From Octopus vulgaris (lineage: Eukaryota): a stretch of 64,000 nt of DNA. The notes under the pieces were generated by a model that saw nothing but the letters and a program-made list of their open reading frames with translations, had not been told where the DNA came from and ran no database searches. Below, one piece after another: positions 12,404 to 24,560 of this stretch (position 1 is the stretch's first letter; each line of letters begins with the position of its first letter). The stretch lies in NCBI GenBank assembly GCA_951406725.2, contig OX597839.1, positions 24,862,001 through 24,926,000 of the forward strand, written 5' to 3'. Position numbers and translations under genes: made by a program.

Positions 12404-12917
12404 CTAGCAGTATCGCCCGGCGTTGCTCGGGTTTGTAAGGGAAATAACTATGTAAGCATTTTTAGAGAGTTACTTCCCTTATAGATGCCAATTCAGGCTT
12501 TCTTAGCCATTTCTGTTTTGGTGTCTTCAAGCCATGAAGTCGTTGTTCTAAAAGAACGCTGGTCTCCTTGACAACGCTATATGACGTTGATTTCCTTACA
12601 CTCCCTTCCCCACAGCTTCCCGAGGGAGGGAAGACGGGGGAGAAGCAACACAGGTGCAGATGTGACCATGGACGCCAACTCCGCCGCCATCGACACACGA
12701 AAAATTATGCATTAAAATGGAATAAAAAATTATGTTAAATTATTTTTAAAATCGTAGACTCATCGTAGACGCGCGCTAATACTCAGACGGGCTCGATATG
12801 AATCACGACTATAAGATACCCGAATTTGGTTAAACTGCACCGCAAAATGTGGGAGTAGTTAGGAATCTAAATCGAAGGGGACAGACACTCACACAACTAC
12901 AGTTTTATATATATAGA
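12404..12917 (-). mobile_element. Non-autonomous Helitron
   Basis: Minus strand starts TCTATATATATAAA and ends CCCGAGCAACGCCGGG hairpin + CTAG; inserted between A and T with no TSD; second copy at 30432. Confidence 0.85.
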
Positions 12918-12925
12918 TATATATA

Positions 12926-13143
12926 CGAAAGAATGTTGAAAAGTTCCTGGTTTTAAGGGTGTCGCGAAAGGCCAGGTTAGTGGCTCAACCTTCTGAGTTC
13001 TTTTATAGGGCTTAGAAAAACTGAAGGGCCACTGCAATAAGTTTGTGACTCTGAGAGGGGAATATGTTGAATAAAATCATAATTAACTGATCCTCATCCT
13101 GTATTTTCCTTTACTCAAAGCCAGGATCTTGTCAGCATCCGCA
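12926..13143. mobile_element. Mariner-type MITE (~220 bp)
   Basis: TIR core TGAAAAGTTCCTGG / CCAGGA..TTTCAGCA; relatives at 47281, 48849 and 59048. Confidence 0.7.
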
Positions 13144-13326
13144 CAGATATTGTTACTGTTAGGAAGATAACAGTAAAGGAAAAGCTACCTTCACAAGTGA
13201 TGCTGACTCATAAGGACCAGTTTCTTGACATTTCTAGGCAGTTTTATGGATCACATCGAATATTCGCAGTTTTTCACTATTCGCAGGTGGTCTAAGAATG
13301 TAAACCCACAGATACCGGTGGACTAC

Positions 13327-13373
<47 letters not shown>

Positions 13374-13986
13374 GTGTGAGGTGTGTATGACCTTGTATCT
13401 TCGTTTGACCCACCACCACCACCACTTAACAACCAGTGTTGGTGTGTTTACATCCTGGTATCTTAGTGGTTGGGCATATGAATTCCCCACCTGGATGGGA
13501 CCCAAGTCCATCGCAGGATTAACTTATTTTTTGCCAGCTGAGTGGGCTGGAGCAATGTGAAATGAAGTGTCTTGCTCAAGAGCACAATGCATTACCCTAT
13601 GCAGGAATCGAAACCACAGTCTTACAATCACGAGTCCAACATCTCTAACCACTAAGCCACGTGCCTCCACTATTGTTAGGAAGGGCAACTAGCCGTAAAA
13701 ACCTTGTCAAAGCAGGCAGCAGGCATTGGTGCAATCTTCTGACTTGGCAGCTCCTGAGGGACCTTCTAACCCATGCCAGCATGGATAAACAGATGTTAAA
13801 TGATGATGATGATGATGATGATGAGCGAGAGAGAGAGAAATTGTAGGCACATTGCATGAATGCCATTGAAAGAGTATTATTCCAGTTGGGGGTGGGCTAG
13901 GGAGGAGGTTCACGGTGGCAGACATTGACTAAGCCATGGTGTTGTGCCACGGTGCCAGAAGGTGAATGGTAAGAGAACGGGAAGAA

Positions 13987-14028
<42 letters not shown>

Positions 14029-14088
14029 CGAAGTTTATGAGTAAAGTGGAAGGAAGGAAAGAGATGGAAGAGGTTAGGAAAGTTGAGG

Positions 14089-14188
14089 NNNNNNNNNNNN
14101 NNNNNNNNNNNNNNNNNNNNNNNNNNNNNNNNNNNNNNNNNNNNNNNNNNNNNNNNNNNNNNNNNNNNNNNNNNNNNNNNNNNNNNNN
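14089..14188. other. Assembly gap (100 N)
   Basis: Run of N; true distance and contiguity across it are unknown. Confidence 1.
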
Positions 14189-14962
14189 GCCGAGAAAATT
14201 TACGGTCAGTGAAATTGCAGCTGTGGCCATCCAATCTTTTTGTCAGGCATTGTCTACCTAGGAGTACCACATCCAGCATGTTCCCCACATTTCAAGATGG
14301 TAAAAGCATAGCTTGAGTAAAGTTTGACTGCTATTTCTAGCATGACGAATGACTCTCCCTGTTAGCTGTGATTTTGTCTGCGTGTGTATGTGTGTGTTTG
14401 TGTGAATGCGTGTGCGCAAGTATGTTTATGTGTGTGTGCGCAAATGAGTTTGTTGTGTGTATATGTGTGTGTATGAGTTTGTGTGTACGTGTGTATGTAT
14501 CTGTATGTGTATAAATGTATGCGAGCGTACGTGTATGCATGCGTGTACGTTTGTCTATGTATGTGCGTGTATGTATGCTTGTGTGCGTATGTGTGTGTAT
14601 ATATATATATCTCCGTTTGTGTGTGTGTGTGTACGCTTATATATTAAGTACTATGTGCTTGTGCAAATGTGTATGTATGTGTTTGAGAGAGAGACAGAGA
14701 GAGAGAGTGTGTGTGTGTGTGTATGTGTGTGTGTGTGTGTAAGTGTGTGTGCAAGGGTACGTGTGTATATATCTGAATATATGTGTGTGTGTGTGTATGC
14801 GGCGTACGTATATGCGTATAAGCATGTATCTTTGTGTATGTATATGTATACTTGTCTGTGTGTGCATGTGTGCGTGTGTGTATGTATGTATACTTCTATA
14901 TGCAGGCGCGCTTGTATATGCAAGTATTTGTATGCGTGTGTGTGTGTGTACTTGTCTATATG

Positions 14963-15003
<41 letters not shown>

Positions 15004-15014
15004 GTCTATATGCA

Positions 15015-15047
<33 letters not shown>

Positions 15048-15637
15048 CACCTTGAAATGTGTAAGCAGTATTGTAAACTGAACACACACACACACACACA
15101 AGTGAATACACACTTTCACACCAGCACACACACACACAGGTCAAACACGCAATCGCACACAGACATTCACACACACACGCAATCGCACACACAGACACAC
15201 GCACAAAGAAACGCGCGCACACACACACGTAATCGCTGACTGTAGAATGGGTTATCTCCCTTACATTACTAACTTCTCGTTCACTTTCTTTCTCCCTCTC
15301 TGCAGAACCTTTTAACACCAATCCACCCGTGACCGACTCTACAAAACTATTTCTATTTAAATCTTAAGGAAAACTTCATAAGAAGGTAAATGAAACATGA
15401 TATTTCCACTAATCGATACCAATGCAATAATATTTATCAATATATATATGTGGGTGTGCTGTGTGATAAAAACCTTGCTTACCAACCACATGGTTCTGGG
15501 TTCAGTCCCACTGCGTAGCACCTTGGGCAAATGTCTTCTACTATATCCTCGGACTGACCAGAGCCTTGTGAGAGGATTTGGTAGACAGAAACTGAAAGAA
15601 GCTCATTGTGTATATATATATATATATATATATATAC

Positions 15638-15790
15638 ATGAGTAAACACATAAATGTGAAACAAGGTGGAAAAAAGAGTACTCAAATACCAGTGGTAGAG
15701 TAAAATGCTTTATTTAAAGCAGCAGAAAATTCAACAAAACCTGTTACTCTGAGTTTCCCGTTGCCGTTCATTGGACAGTTTTGCTAGCAA
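15638..15790 (-). mobile_element. PLE-like pLTR fragment with a mutated minimal hammerhead (15741-15778)
   Basis: Minus: CTGT-CCAATGA-acggcaacgg-GAAACTC.a.GAGT-A-ACAG; core mutated. Lies in (TA)n; its 3' part recurs inverted at 33913-33977. Confidence 0.55.
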
Positions 15791-15853
15791 AATATATATG
15801 TATATATACACAAGCACACACACACACACATACATGTATATGTATATTATATG

Positions 15854-15948
<95 letters not shown>

Positions 15949-15951
<3 letters not shown>

Positions 15952-16346
15952 CGCAGGAGTGGCTGTGTGGTAAGTAGCTTGTTTACCAACCACATGGTTC
16001 TGGGTTCAGTCCCACTGCATGGCACCTTGGGCAAGTGTCTTCTACTATAGCCTCAGGCCGACCAAACCCTTGTGAGTGGATTTGGTAGACAGAAACTGAA
16101 AGAAGCCCGTTGTATATATGTATATGTGTATATATGTGTGTGCGTATATGTTTGTGTTTGTCCCCCTAGCATTGCTTGACAACCGATGCTGGTGTGTTTA
16201 CGTCCCCATCACTTAGCGGTTCGGCAAAAGAGACCGATAGAATAAGTTCTGGGCTTACAAAAGAATAAGTCCCGGGGTCGATTTGCTCGATTAAAAGCGG
16301 TGCTCCAGCATGGCCGCAGTCAAATGACTGAAACAAGTAAAAGAGG
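15949..16346 (+). mobile_element. SINE family A
   Basis: GGCGCAGGAGTGGCTGTGTGG head to GAAACAAGTAAAAGAG tail. Confidence 0.9.
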
Positions 16347-16568
16347 ATATACAATGTTTCTTGTTACTTCTTTCAGACATTTGACTGCAGCCATGCTGGA
16401 GCACCGCCTTAAAGGGTGTTAGTTGAAGAAATTGACCCCAGGGCTTATTCTTTGTAAACCCAGTACTTATTGTATCAGTGTCTTTTGCTGAAGTGCTAGG
16501 CTACGGGAATGTAAACACACCAACATTGGTTGTGAAGCGATGGGCGGTGGGTAAACAGACACAAACAA

Positions 16569-16599
<31 letters not shown>

Positions 16600-16745
16600 C
16601 GAGAGGCTTCTTTTAGTTTTTGTGTACCAAATCCACTCACAAGGCTTTGATTAACCCGAGGTCATAGGAGGACACATTTGCCCAAGGTGCCATACAATGG
16701 GATTGAACCCAGAAGCATGTGGTTGGGAAGAAAGCTTCTCACCAC

Positions 16746-16797
<52 letters not shown>

Positions 16798-16824
16798 TGT
16801 ATACATATATATGTGTATATATAC

Positions 16825-16859
<35 letters not shown>

Positions 16860-16869
16860 TATATACATA

Positions 16870-16902
<33 letters not shown>

Positions 16903-17047
16903 TGATAAAACGGTAAGATAACAAAAGAAAGAAAGAGACCTCAATATTATGTAAATAGAGGAAATTCTCTATACAATATGTTACATTACTCGGTAGTCAA
17001 GATAAAACTCTGAAACTCAGAGTTTTATCTTGACTACCGAGTATATG

Positions 17048-17093
<46 letters not shown>

Positions 17094-17185
17094 TATATAT
17101 ATATATACACACACACACGTATATACATATATATGTGTGTATATATATATATACACACATACACACACATATACATATATGTGTG

Positions 17186-17249
<64 letters not shown>

Positions 17250-17393
17250 CTCACACACACATATACATATATATGTGTGTATATATATGTGTGTGTGTGT
17301 ATATATATATATATGTATATATATGTCCCGTCCATGTTTTTTGTATCGTCTTCTAAATGTTTTGCATTCTTGTCCCAGTTTGTATATTTTTAC

Positions 17394-17428
<35 letters not shown>

Positions 17429-17999
17429 CGTACACATACATATATATACACACACATATATATACATACATACATACATATATACATATGCATATTTGTG
17501 TGTGTTTTTTGTCGCCCACCACTTCTTGACAACCGGCTTTGGTTTGTTTACATTCCTGTAACTTAGCAGTTTGGCAAAACAGACTGATAGAATAAGTACC
17601 AGGCTTGAAAAGTAAATAAGTGCAGGGCTGATTCATTTGACTAAAAGTTCTTCTTTGGGGTGCTGCCCCAGCATGGCCACAATCCAATGACTGAAACAAT
17701 AAAAGATATATTGCTTACATGCTTTTATGATTTCTTCAAAAATTTTGATTCGTTTACCTTTCACTTGCCACCGTCTTTAGATTGTGGCCATGCTGGGGCA
17801 CCACATTGAAGAAATTTTTTCAAGCTAATGAAGCCCAGGGCTTTTTTTTTTTTTATCTTTCTAGCCTGCTAATTATTCTGTCAGTCCGTTTTGTCAATTT
17901 GCTAAATTAAAGGGGTGTGAAATATACCAACACTGGTGGTCAGTCGATGGTCAAGCAGTGGTGGGGGACAAACACTAACACAGACACACACACACACAT

Positions 18000-18240
18000 A
18001 CATCATCATCATCGTTTAACGTCCGTTCTCCATGCTAGCATGGGTTGGACGGTTCAACCGGGGATCTGGGAAGCCAGGAGGCTGCCCCAGGCTCCAGTCT
18101 TATCTGGCAATGTTTCTACGGCTGGATGCCCTTCCTAACGCCAACCACTCCGTGAGTGTAGTGGGTGCTTTTTACGTGCCACCCGCACAGGTGCCAGGCG
18201 AGGCTGGCAACGGCCACGGTCGGATTGGTGCATTTTACAC
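18000..18240 (-). mobile_element. SINE family B
   Basis: (CAT)n tail and core. Confidence 0.85.
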
Positions 18241-18452
18241 GTATACAAAGTCATGGCTGTGTGGTAAGAAGCTTACTTTCCGACCACATGTTTACAAGTT
18301 CAGTCCCGTTGCGTGGCACCTTGGTCAAGTGTCTTCTACCATAGCCTCGGGTCAACCAAAGCCTTATGAGTGGATTTGCTACACGAAAACTGAAAAGAAC
18401 CTTTTTGTATACATACATACATGATATCCCAGAAACAGCTGTAAGACAATAT

Positions 18453-18858
18453 CTCTTTTACTCTTTTACTTGTTTCAGTCATTTGACTGCGGCCATGCTG
18501 GAGCACTACCTTTAGTTGAGCAAATCGACCCCGGGACTTATTCTTTTGTAAGCCCAGTACTTATTCTATCGGTCTCTTTTGCCGAACCGCTAAGTAACGG
18601 GGACATAAACACACCAGCATCGGTTGTCAAGCAATGCTAGGGGGACAAACACAGACACACAAACAGACACGCGCATATATATATATACATATATACGACA
18701 GGCTTCTTTCAGTTTCCGTCTACCAAATCCACTCACAAGGCTTTGGTCGGCCCGAGGCTATAGTAGAAGACACTTGCCCAAGGTGCCACGCAGTGGGACT
18801 GAACCTGGAACCATGTGGTTGGTTAGCAAGCTACTTACCACATAGCCACTCCTGCGCC
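18453..18858 (-). mobile_element. SINE family A
   Basis: Full length. Confidence 0.9.
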
Positions 18859-19026
18859 TATATATCTATATATCTATATCTTTTTCCTTATAAATGTCCT
18901 GAAAACTACTTACAGCCTTCGCTTTGTTACCTCATTTCGTCTAATATATATATATGTGACCGCGTGTGTACCGTTGGCGATTTTTTTTCCTCTGTCTTCC
19001 CTTCTCTGGATCTTTCCTTCTCCTAT

Positions 19027-19061
19027 GTTTCTGACGAAGAGCTCCGCTCGAAACGTTAAAC
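19027..19061 (+). ncRNA. Minimal type I hammerhead ribozyme motif (palindromic helix III)
   Basis: GTTT-CTGACGA-A-GAGC.tcc.GCTC-GAAACGT-T-AAAC: intact core, helices I and II perfect, ACGT palindrome; inside a ~195-bp insert flanked by (TA)n. Confidence 0.8.
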
Positions 19062-19525
19062 CCTCCTTCTTTCCTGAGCGTCCAATAATACTATATTTGT
19101 TCCACGTCCTCGCATTGTTGTGTTTTTTTGTGCTTTCATGTTGGGATTAACTATATATATATATGTATATGTATATAAGAGACCAAAGTGTATGTACACC
19201 GCTATCATCATCATCATCATCGTTTAACGTCCGTTTTCCATGCTAGCACGGGTTGGACGGTTCGACCGGGGTCTGGGAAGCCAGGGGCTGCACCAGGCTC
19301 CAGTCTGATCTGGCAGAGTTTCTACGGCTGCATGCCCTTCCTAACGCCAACCTCTCCGTGAGTGTAGTGGGTGCTTTTTGCGTGCTATATGTTTTATATA
19401 TAAAAAATACAAAGTGGGACAAGAATGCAAAACATTGAGACAGCTAGGTGATACAAAAAAGGGACAACAAAACATCCAGATAGACAATACAAAGTAAACA
19501 AGGACGGGTCAGTCACAGTATTCTT

Positions 19526-19598
19526 TCCTCAGTCGAGTTCCAGATTATCTTTGCAATTTCAGCTGGTTATACTCGAGATTGCTCTAATCTGGCCAGAT
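19526..19598 (-). ncRNA. Permuted hammerhead-like motif, family P1 copy Y
   Basis: ATCTGG CCAGA ttaga GCAAT C TCGAGT ataa CCAGCT GAA ATTGC aaagataa TCTGG a ACTCGA CTGAGGA. Confidence 0.6.
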
Positions 19599-19754
19599 CC
19601 AAGGAAAAACTAAGCTAAGAGCAATATCCATATTCCTCCCTGTGCCTGTGAAATCCTGTATTCCTGCCATAAGGATTTACTTCTACACATGCCAGCTTAA
19701 TTTAGTTTGTCCTTAGTTGAAAGACGCCTGTTGTTATGTCCTGTTATTTGTATT

Positions 19755-20132
19755 TACTCTTTACTCTTTTACTTGTTTCAGTCATTTGACTGCAGCCATG
19801 CTGGAGCACCGCCTTTAGTTGAACAAATCGACCCCAGGACTTATTCTTTGTAAGCCCAGTACTTATTTTATCGGTCTCTTTTGCCGAACCGCTAAGTGAC
19901 GGGGACGTAAACACACCAGCATCGGTGTCAAGCAATGCTAGGGGGACAAACACACACACACACACATATATATACGACAGGCTTCTTTCAGTTTCCGTCT
20001 ACCAAATCCACTCACAAGGCATTGGTTGGCCCAGGGCTATAGCAGAAGACACTTGCCCAAGATGCCACGCAGTGGGACTGAACCCAGAACCATGTGGTTG
20101 GTTAGCAAGCTACTTACCACACAGCCACTCCT
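19755..20132 (-). mobile_element. SINE family A
   Basis: Near full length. Confidence 0.9.
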
Positions 20133-20241
20133 GTTACACAACATTTGTGTAACATTCTCTATTTTTTCCCGTCCTTGTTTTCATATACATTCGCTGCTTT
20201 CTTCCAAGGAATCTAATGCTCTTAGCTTAGTTTTTCCTTGG

Positions 20242-20314
20242 GGCTGGCCAGATTGGAGCAATCTCAGGTATAACCAGCTGAAATTGCAAAGATATTCTGG
20301 AACTTGACTGAGGA
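20242..20314 (+). ncRNA. Permuted hammerhead-like motif, family P1 copy X
   Basis: GGCTGG CCAGA ttgga GCAAT C TCAGGT ataa CCAGCT GAA ATTGC aaagatat TCTGG a ACTTGA CTGAGGA. Confidence 0.6.
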
Positions 20315-20634
20315 AAGAATACTCCGGATGACCTGTACTTGTTTTCTTTGCAGCGTCTATCTGGATGTTTTGTTGTCCCTTTCTTGTGTCACCTAACTGT
20401 CTGGATGTTTTGCATTCTTGTCCCACTTTGTATTTAATATATATATTTACTCAAATTAAAATTCAGAAAATGGAGATTAATATTATAATATAATTTATTA
20501 ACTGCAAAAGTTCAACATGTTGGATTTTTGCAGTCAATAAATTATATTAATGTCACATCTCAATTTTCTGAATTTTCTTCTGAATATTTATAAACCAAGA
20601 TTTATACTTAGAATTATTATTTTATTAATGGGAT

Positions 20635-21153
20635 GGAAGCACTCTGTCGGTTACGACGACAAGGGTTCCGGTTGATCCGATCAACGGAACAGCCTGCTCG
20701 TGAAATTAACGTGTAAGTGGCTGAGTACTCCACAGACACATGTACCCTTAACGCAGTTCTCGGGGATATTCAGCGTGACACAGAGTGACAAGGCCGGCCC
20801 TTTGAAATACAGGTACAACAGAAACAGGAAATAAGAGTGAGAGAAAGTTGTGGTGAAAGAGTACAGCAGGGATCACCACCATCCCCTGCCGGAGCCTCGT
20901 GGAGCTTTAGGTGTTTAAGCTAAATAAACACTCACAACTTTCTCTCACTCTCACTTCCTGTTTCTGTTGTACCTGTATTTCAAGGGGCCGGCCTTGTCAC
21001 TCTCTGTGTCATGCTGAATACCCCCGAGAACTACGGTAAGGGTACACGTGTCTGTGGAGTGCTCAGCCACTTACACATTAATTTTACGAGCAGGCTGTTC
21101 CGTTGATTCGGATCAACCGGAACCCTCATCGTCGTAACTGACGGAGTGCTTCC
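20635..21153. mobile_element. SINE family D as an inverted duplication
   Basis: 20635-20851 is the imperfect reverse complement of 20934-21153; the family is also seen at ~25830-25995 and ~30000-30140. Confidence 0.8.
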
Positions 21154-21534
21154 CAGTATGTTATAAGCTGAAAGCTTATAAGCAATCACCATGCAATGAC
21201 TAAAGAAAATAGTCCAAAAATTGGGCATATAAGCATTCAACAGAAAAAAGTAGGTTTTCTCATATGCGTGGAACAGGAAACCTAATTTTTCCCCTCGAGT
21301 GCTTCTATGCCCCATAATTAGACTCCTTTCTTTAGTCACTGCACGGTGATTACTTATGAGCATTAACCTCATAAAAATACTATTATTATTATTTACAGAC
21401 TGCTTAACAAAATTATTATTATTTACAGACTGCTTTAACAAAAACCATCACACACACATACATATATAAATGTGTGCCAGGCTTCTTTCAGTTTCCATCT
21501 ACCAAATCCACTCAAAAACAATGTCCATAAATAA

Positions 21535-21995
21535 ACATTACATTTGAGAGAGTAACCCGAATGCTGAAGGGTCAAATCAGACATATCCAGCCATAATAGT
21601 CCACCCGTTTTATATCCCAACTAGCCAGATCTGGGCTCTTCCACTTACCTTGCAATGTCATTCCAAAACAAAACAATCAAATCATTGAAATCTCAAAGCT
21701 ACGAGATAATCCAGGATTAATTGAAAACAATGTGGATGAATAAGGATTACATTCGACAGAAGAATCTGAATGCTAAAGGGTCGGATTAGCCATGCCCAGC
21801 CCAAATATTCTACCCGTTTTATGTTCAAACTGACCAGATCTGGCCTCTTACACTTACCCTACAATGTCATTCTAAAAATAAATAATCATGTCTTTGAAGT
21901 CTCAAAGCTATGAGATAATCCATGATTAATACAAAACAACATCAATAAAAAAATTTTAGATTTGCTAGAGTGATTTGAACCCTTAAAAAGGGTTA
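21535..21995. mobile_element. Tandem decayed copies of a second piggyBac-type MITE family
   Basis: Repeating ~215-bp unit ending AATGCTAAAGGGT; related to 41905-42665, where SINE A is nested inside one copy. Confidence 0.55.
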
Positions 21996-22081
21996 AGCAG
22001 TTGAAAATCGAGTGCAGAGTATTAACATGCCTGAACAAAGGTGAATTGTGTCTGTTCTCAGGAGCCACAGCAGCGTAGATG

Positions 22082-22297
22082 TTTACTCTTTTTACTCTTT
22101 TACTTGTTTCAGTCATTTGACTGTGGCCATGCTGGAGCACCGCCTTTAGTCGAGCAAATCGACCCCAGGACTTATTCTTTGTAAGCCCAGTACTTATTCT
22201 TTCGGTCTCTTTTGCCGAACCGCTAAGTGACGGGGACGTAAACACACTAGCATCGGTTGTCAAGCAATGCTAGGGGGACAAACACAGACACACAAAC

Positions 22298-22328
<31 letters not shown>

Positions 22329-22468
22329 CATGACAGGCTTCTTTCAGTTTCCGTCTACCAAATCCACTCACAAGTCATTGGTCGGCCCGGGGCTATAGCA
22401 GAAGACACTTACCCAAGGTGCCACGCAGTGGGACTGAACCCGGAACAATGTGGTTGGTTAGCAAGTTT
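22082..22468 (-). mobile_element. SINE family A (5'-truncated)
   Basis: Tail and body present, A box missing. Confidence 0.9.
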
Positions 22469-23002
22469 TTAACATGACAGATCTATAAAGAGATTTCATC
22501 ACAAACAAAATCCACAGCATCATACCTGTAAATGGTGTATAAACAGCAACTATGGTATCCAAATCGTGTCTCCGTTTACCAACCTTTCATCAAGCAATTC
22601 TAAGACTTTACCAATCTAGCAAACCGCAAAGATTGACGACTGCAACAACAATGGGCGAAACAAAATTAAAAGAAGTAGCTAACGGATACGGGAGTTGATG
22701 GAAAGGAGGATGAAATAAGAATAAGATGCGAAGGAAGGAGAGCGAGGCCAGGCCATTGGTCTTGGAGAACTTAAATACCATTAACAGAGTAATTTAGTGA
22801 CGTCTTGGAGGCAGAAGCCAGAAACCCATGAAGGTTAGATGTCAAAAATTATAGGTTTATATGGAGAGACAAGTGAAGTTTGAATCGATACGAGAGAGAG
22901 AGAGAGAGAGGGGGGAGAGAGAGAGTGAGAGAGAGAGAGGGGGAGAGAGAGAGAGACCAATGGAATCAATAGTCGCATTCCAGATAAACAGACATTAAAC
23001 AT

Positions 23003-23474
23003 AGTGTTATGTTATTATGTGGTGGTGGTCGTGGTGGTGGTGGTAGTCGTGGTGGTGGTGGTAGTCGTGGTAGGAGTAATAGTCATGGTGGTGGCTGTGG
23101 GAATATTGGTGATGGTAGTGTTGGTGGCAATGGTAGGGGTGCTAATGATGGTGATAGTGGTGATGGTGGTGACGGTTATGGTGACAATTTGCAGTGGTGG
23201 TGGTGGTGGTGGTGATGGTGGTGGTGGTGGTGGTGATGGTGGTGGTGGTGGTGGTGGTGGTGGTGGTGATTGTGATGGTGACAGCGATGATGACGATGAT
23301 GATGATGGTGACGATGATGATGATGGTGGTGGTAGTAGTGATGGTCATGGTACTGGTGATGGTTGTGGTGGAGCTGGTGATCATGATGATAACAGTGAAT
23401 GATGATGATGACGATGATGATGATGGTGGTGGTGGTGGTGGTGGTAGTGGCAGTAGTAACAGCGATGATGATTG

Positions 23475-23509
<35 letters not shown>

Positions 23510-23632
23510 GTGGTGTTGCTGGATTTAGCAATGATTACAGCACTGGTGTAAGCAGCAGCAGCAGCAGCAGCAGCAGTGGTAGTGGTGGTGGTGCTGGTGG
23601 TGGTGGTGGTGGCAATGGTGCCAAGCCATGAT
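23003..23632. repeat. (GGT)/(GAT) trinucleotide low-complexity field
   Basis: Directly visible. Confidence 0.9.
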
Positions 23633-23824
23633 GATAATTTTGGTTAAGCAGGAAGATTAAAATGAGAGCAATTTTACAGGAATGGTCATTAACTTCCACA
23701 TAAATGCACCTACGAAACCAAGCTCATGTCTCTCACAGACTTAATATATGCATATGTATATGTATATATATATATGTATGTATGTATATATATGTGTGTG
23801 TATATGCATGTATATATATGTGTA

Positions 23825-23875
<51 letters not shown>

Positions 23876-23886
23876 ATATATATATG

Positions 23887-23922
<36 letters not shown>

Positions 23923-23959
23923 CATATATATAAATAATATATATATACATATAGGAGTA

Positions 23960-24368
23960 GGCGTAGGAGTGGCTGTGTGGTAAGTAGCTTGCTAACCAAC
24001 CACATGGTTCCGGGTTCAGTCCCACTGCATGGCATCTTGGGCAAGTGTCTTCTGCTATAGCCCCGGGCCAACCAATTCCTTGTGAGTGGATTTGGTAGAC
24101 ATAAACTGAAAGAAGCCTGTTGTATATATGTATATATATGTATGTGTGTGTTTGTGTGTCTGTGTTTGTCCCCCTAGCATTGCTTGACAACCAATGCTGG
24201 TGTGTTTACGTCCCAGTCACTTAGCGGTTCGGCAAAAGAGACCGATAGAATAAGTACTGGGCTTGCAAAGAATAAGTCCTGGAGTCGATTTGCTTGACTA
24301 AAGGCGGTGCTCCAGCATGGCCGCAGTCAAATGACTGAAACAAGTAAAAGAGTAAAAGAGTAAAGAGT
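23960..24368 (+). mobile_element. SINE family A
   Basis: Full length with (TAAAAGAG)n tail. Confidence 0.9.
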
Positions 24369-24560
24369 ATATATATATATATATATATATATATGCATAT
24401 ATATGTGTACATGTACATACATACACACATATATATGCATATATGGGTACAGGACGTCACAAACAGTAAACAACATGAAATACGAAAACAAAAGAGTTCA
24501 ATATGCAAACAACGAGAGAAACAAATGGAAACGAGGACAAGTAACATAAAGAACGACCCT

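Noticed and set aside
13910-14316. ORFs spanning the N run
   Set aside because: Artefacts of the assembly gap.
18634-19059. Recurring peptide [16 protein letters not shown]...[18 protein letters not shown] as a possible gene family
   Set aside because: It is the antisense translation of SINE A; frames and stops differ between copies.
20308-20317. GAGGAAAG resembling the bacterial RNase P RNA conserved region
   Set aside because: No other RNase P elements; copy Z reads CTGAAGATAAG, which fits CUGANGA instead.
21381-21443. ~30-bp tandem duplication TTATTATTATTTACAGACTGCTTAACAAAA
   Set aside because: Simple slippage duplication with no further structure.
23004-23631. Gly/Asp/Val/His homopolymer ORFs (also 36215-37087, 46252-47121, 53713-54472, 56822-57722, 61369-62002)
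   Set aside because: Trinucleotide low-complexity DNA open in several frames on both strands, with no splice or domain evidence.
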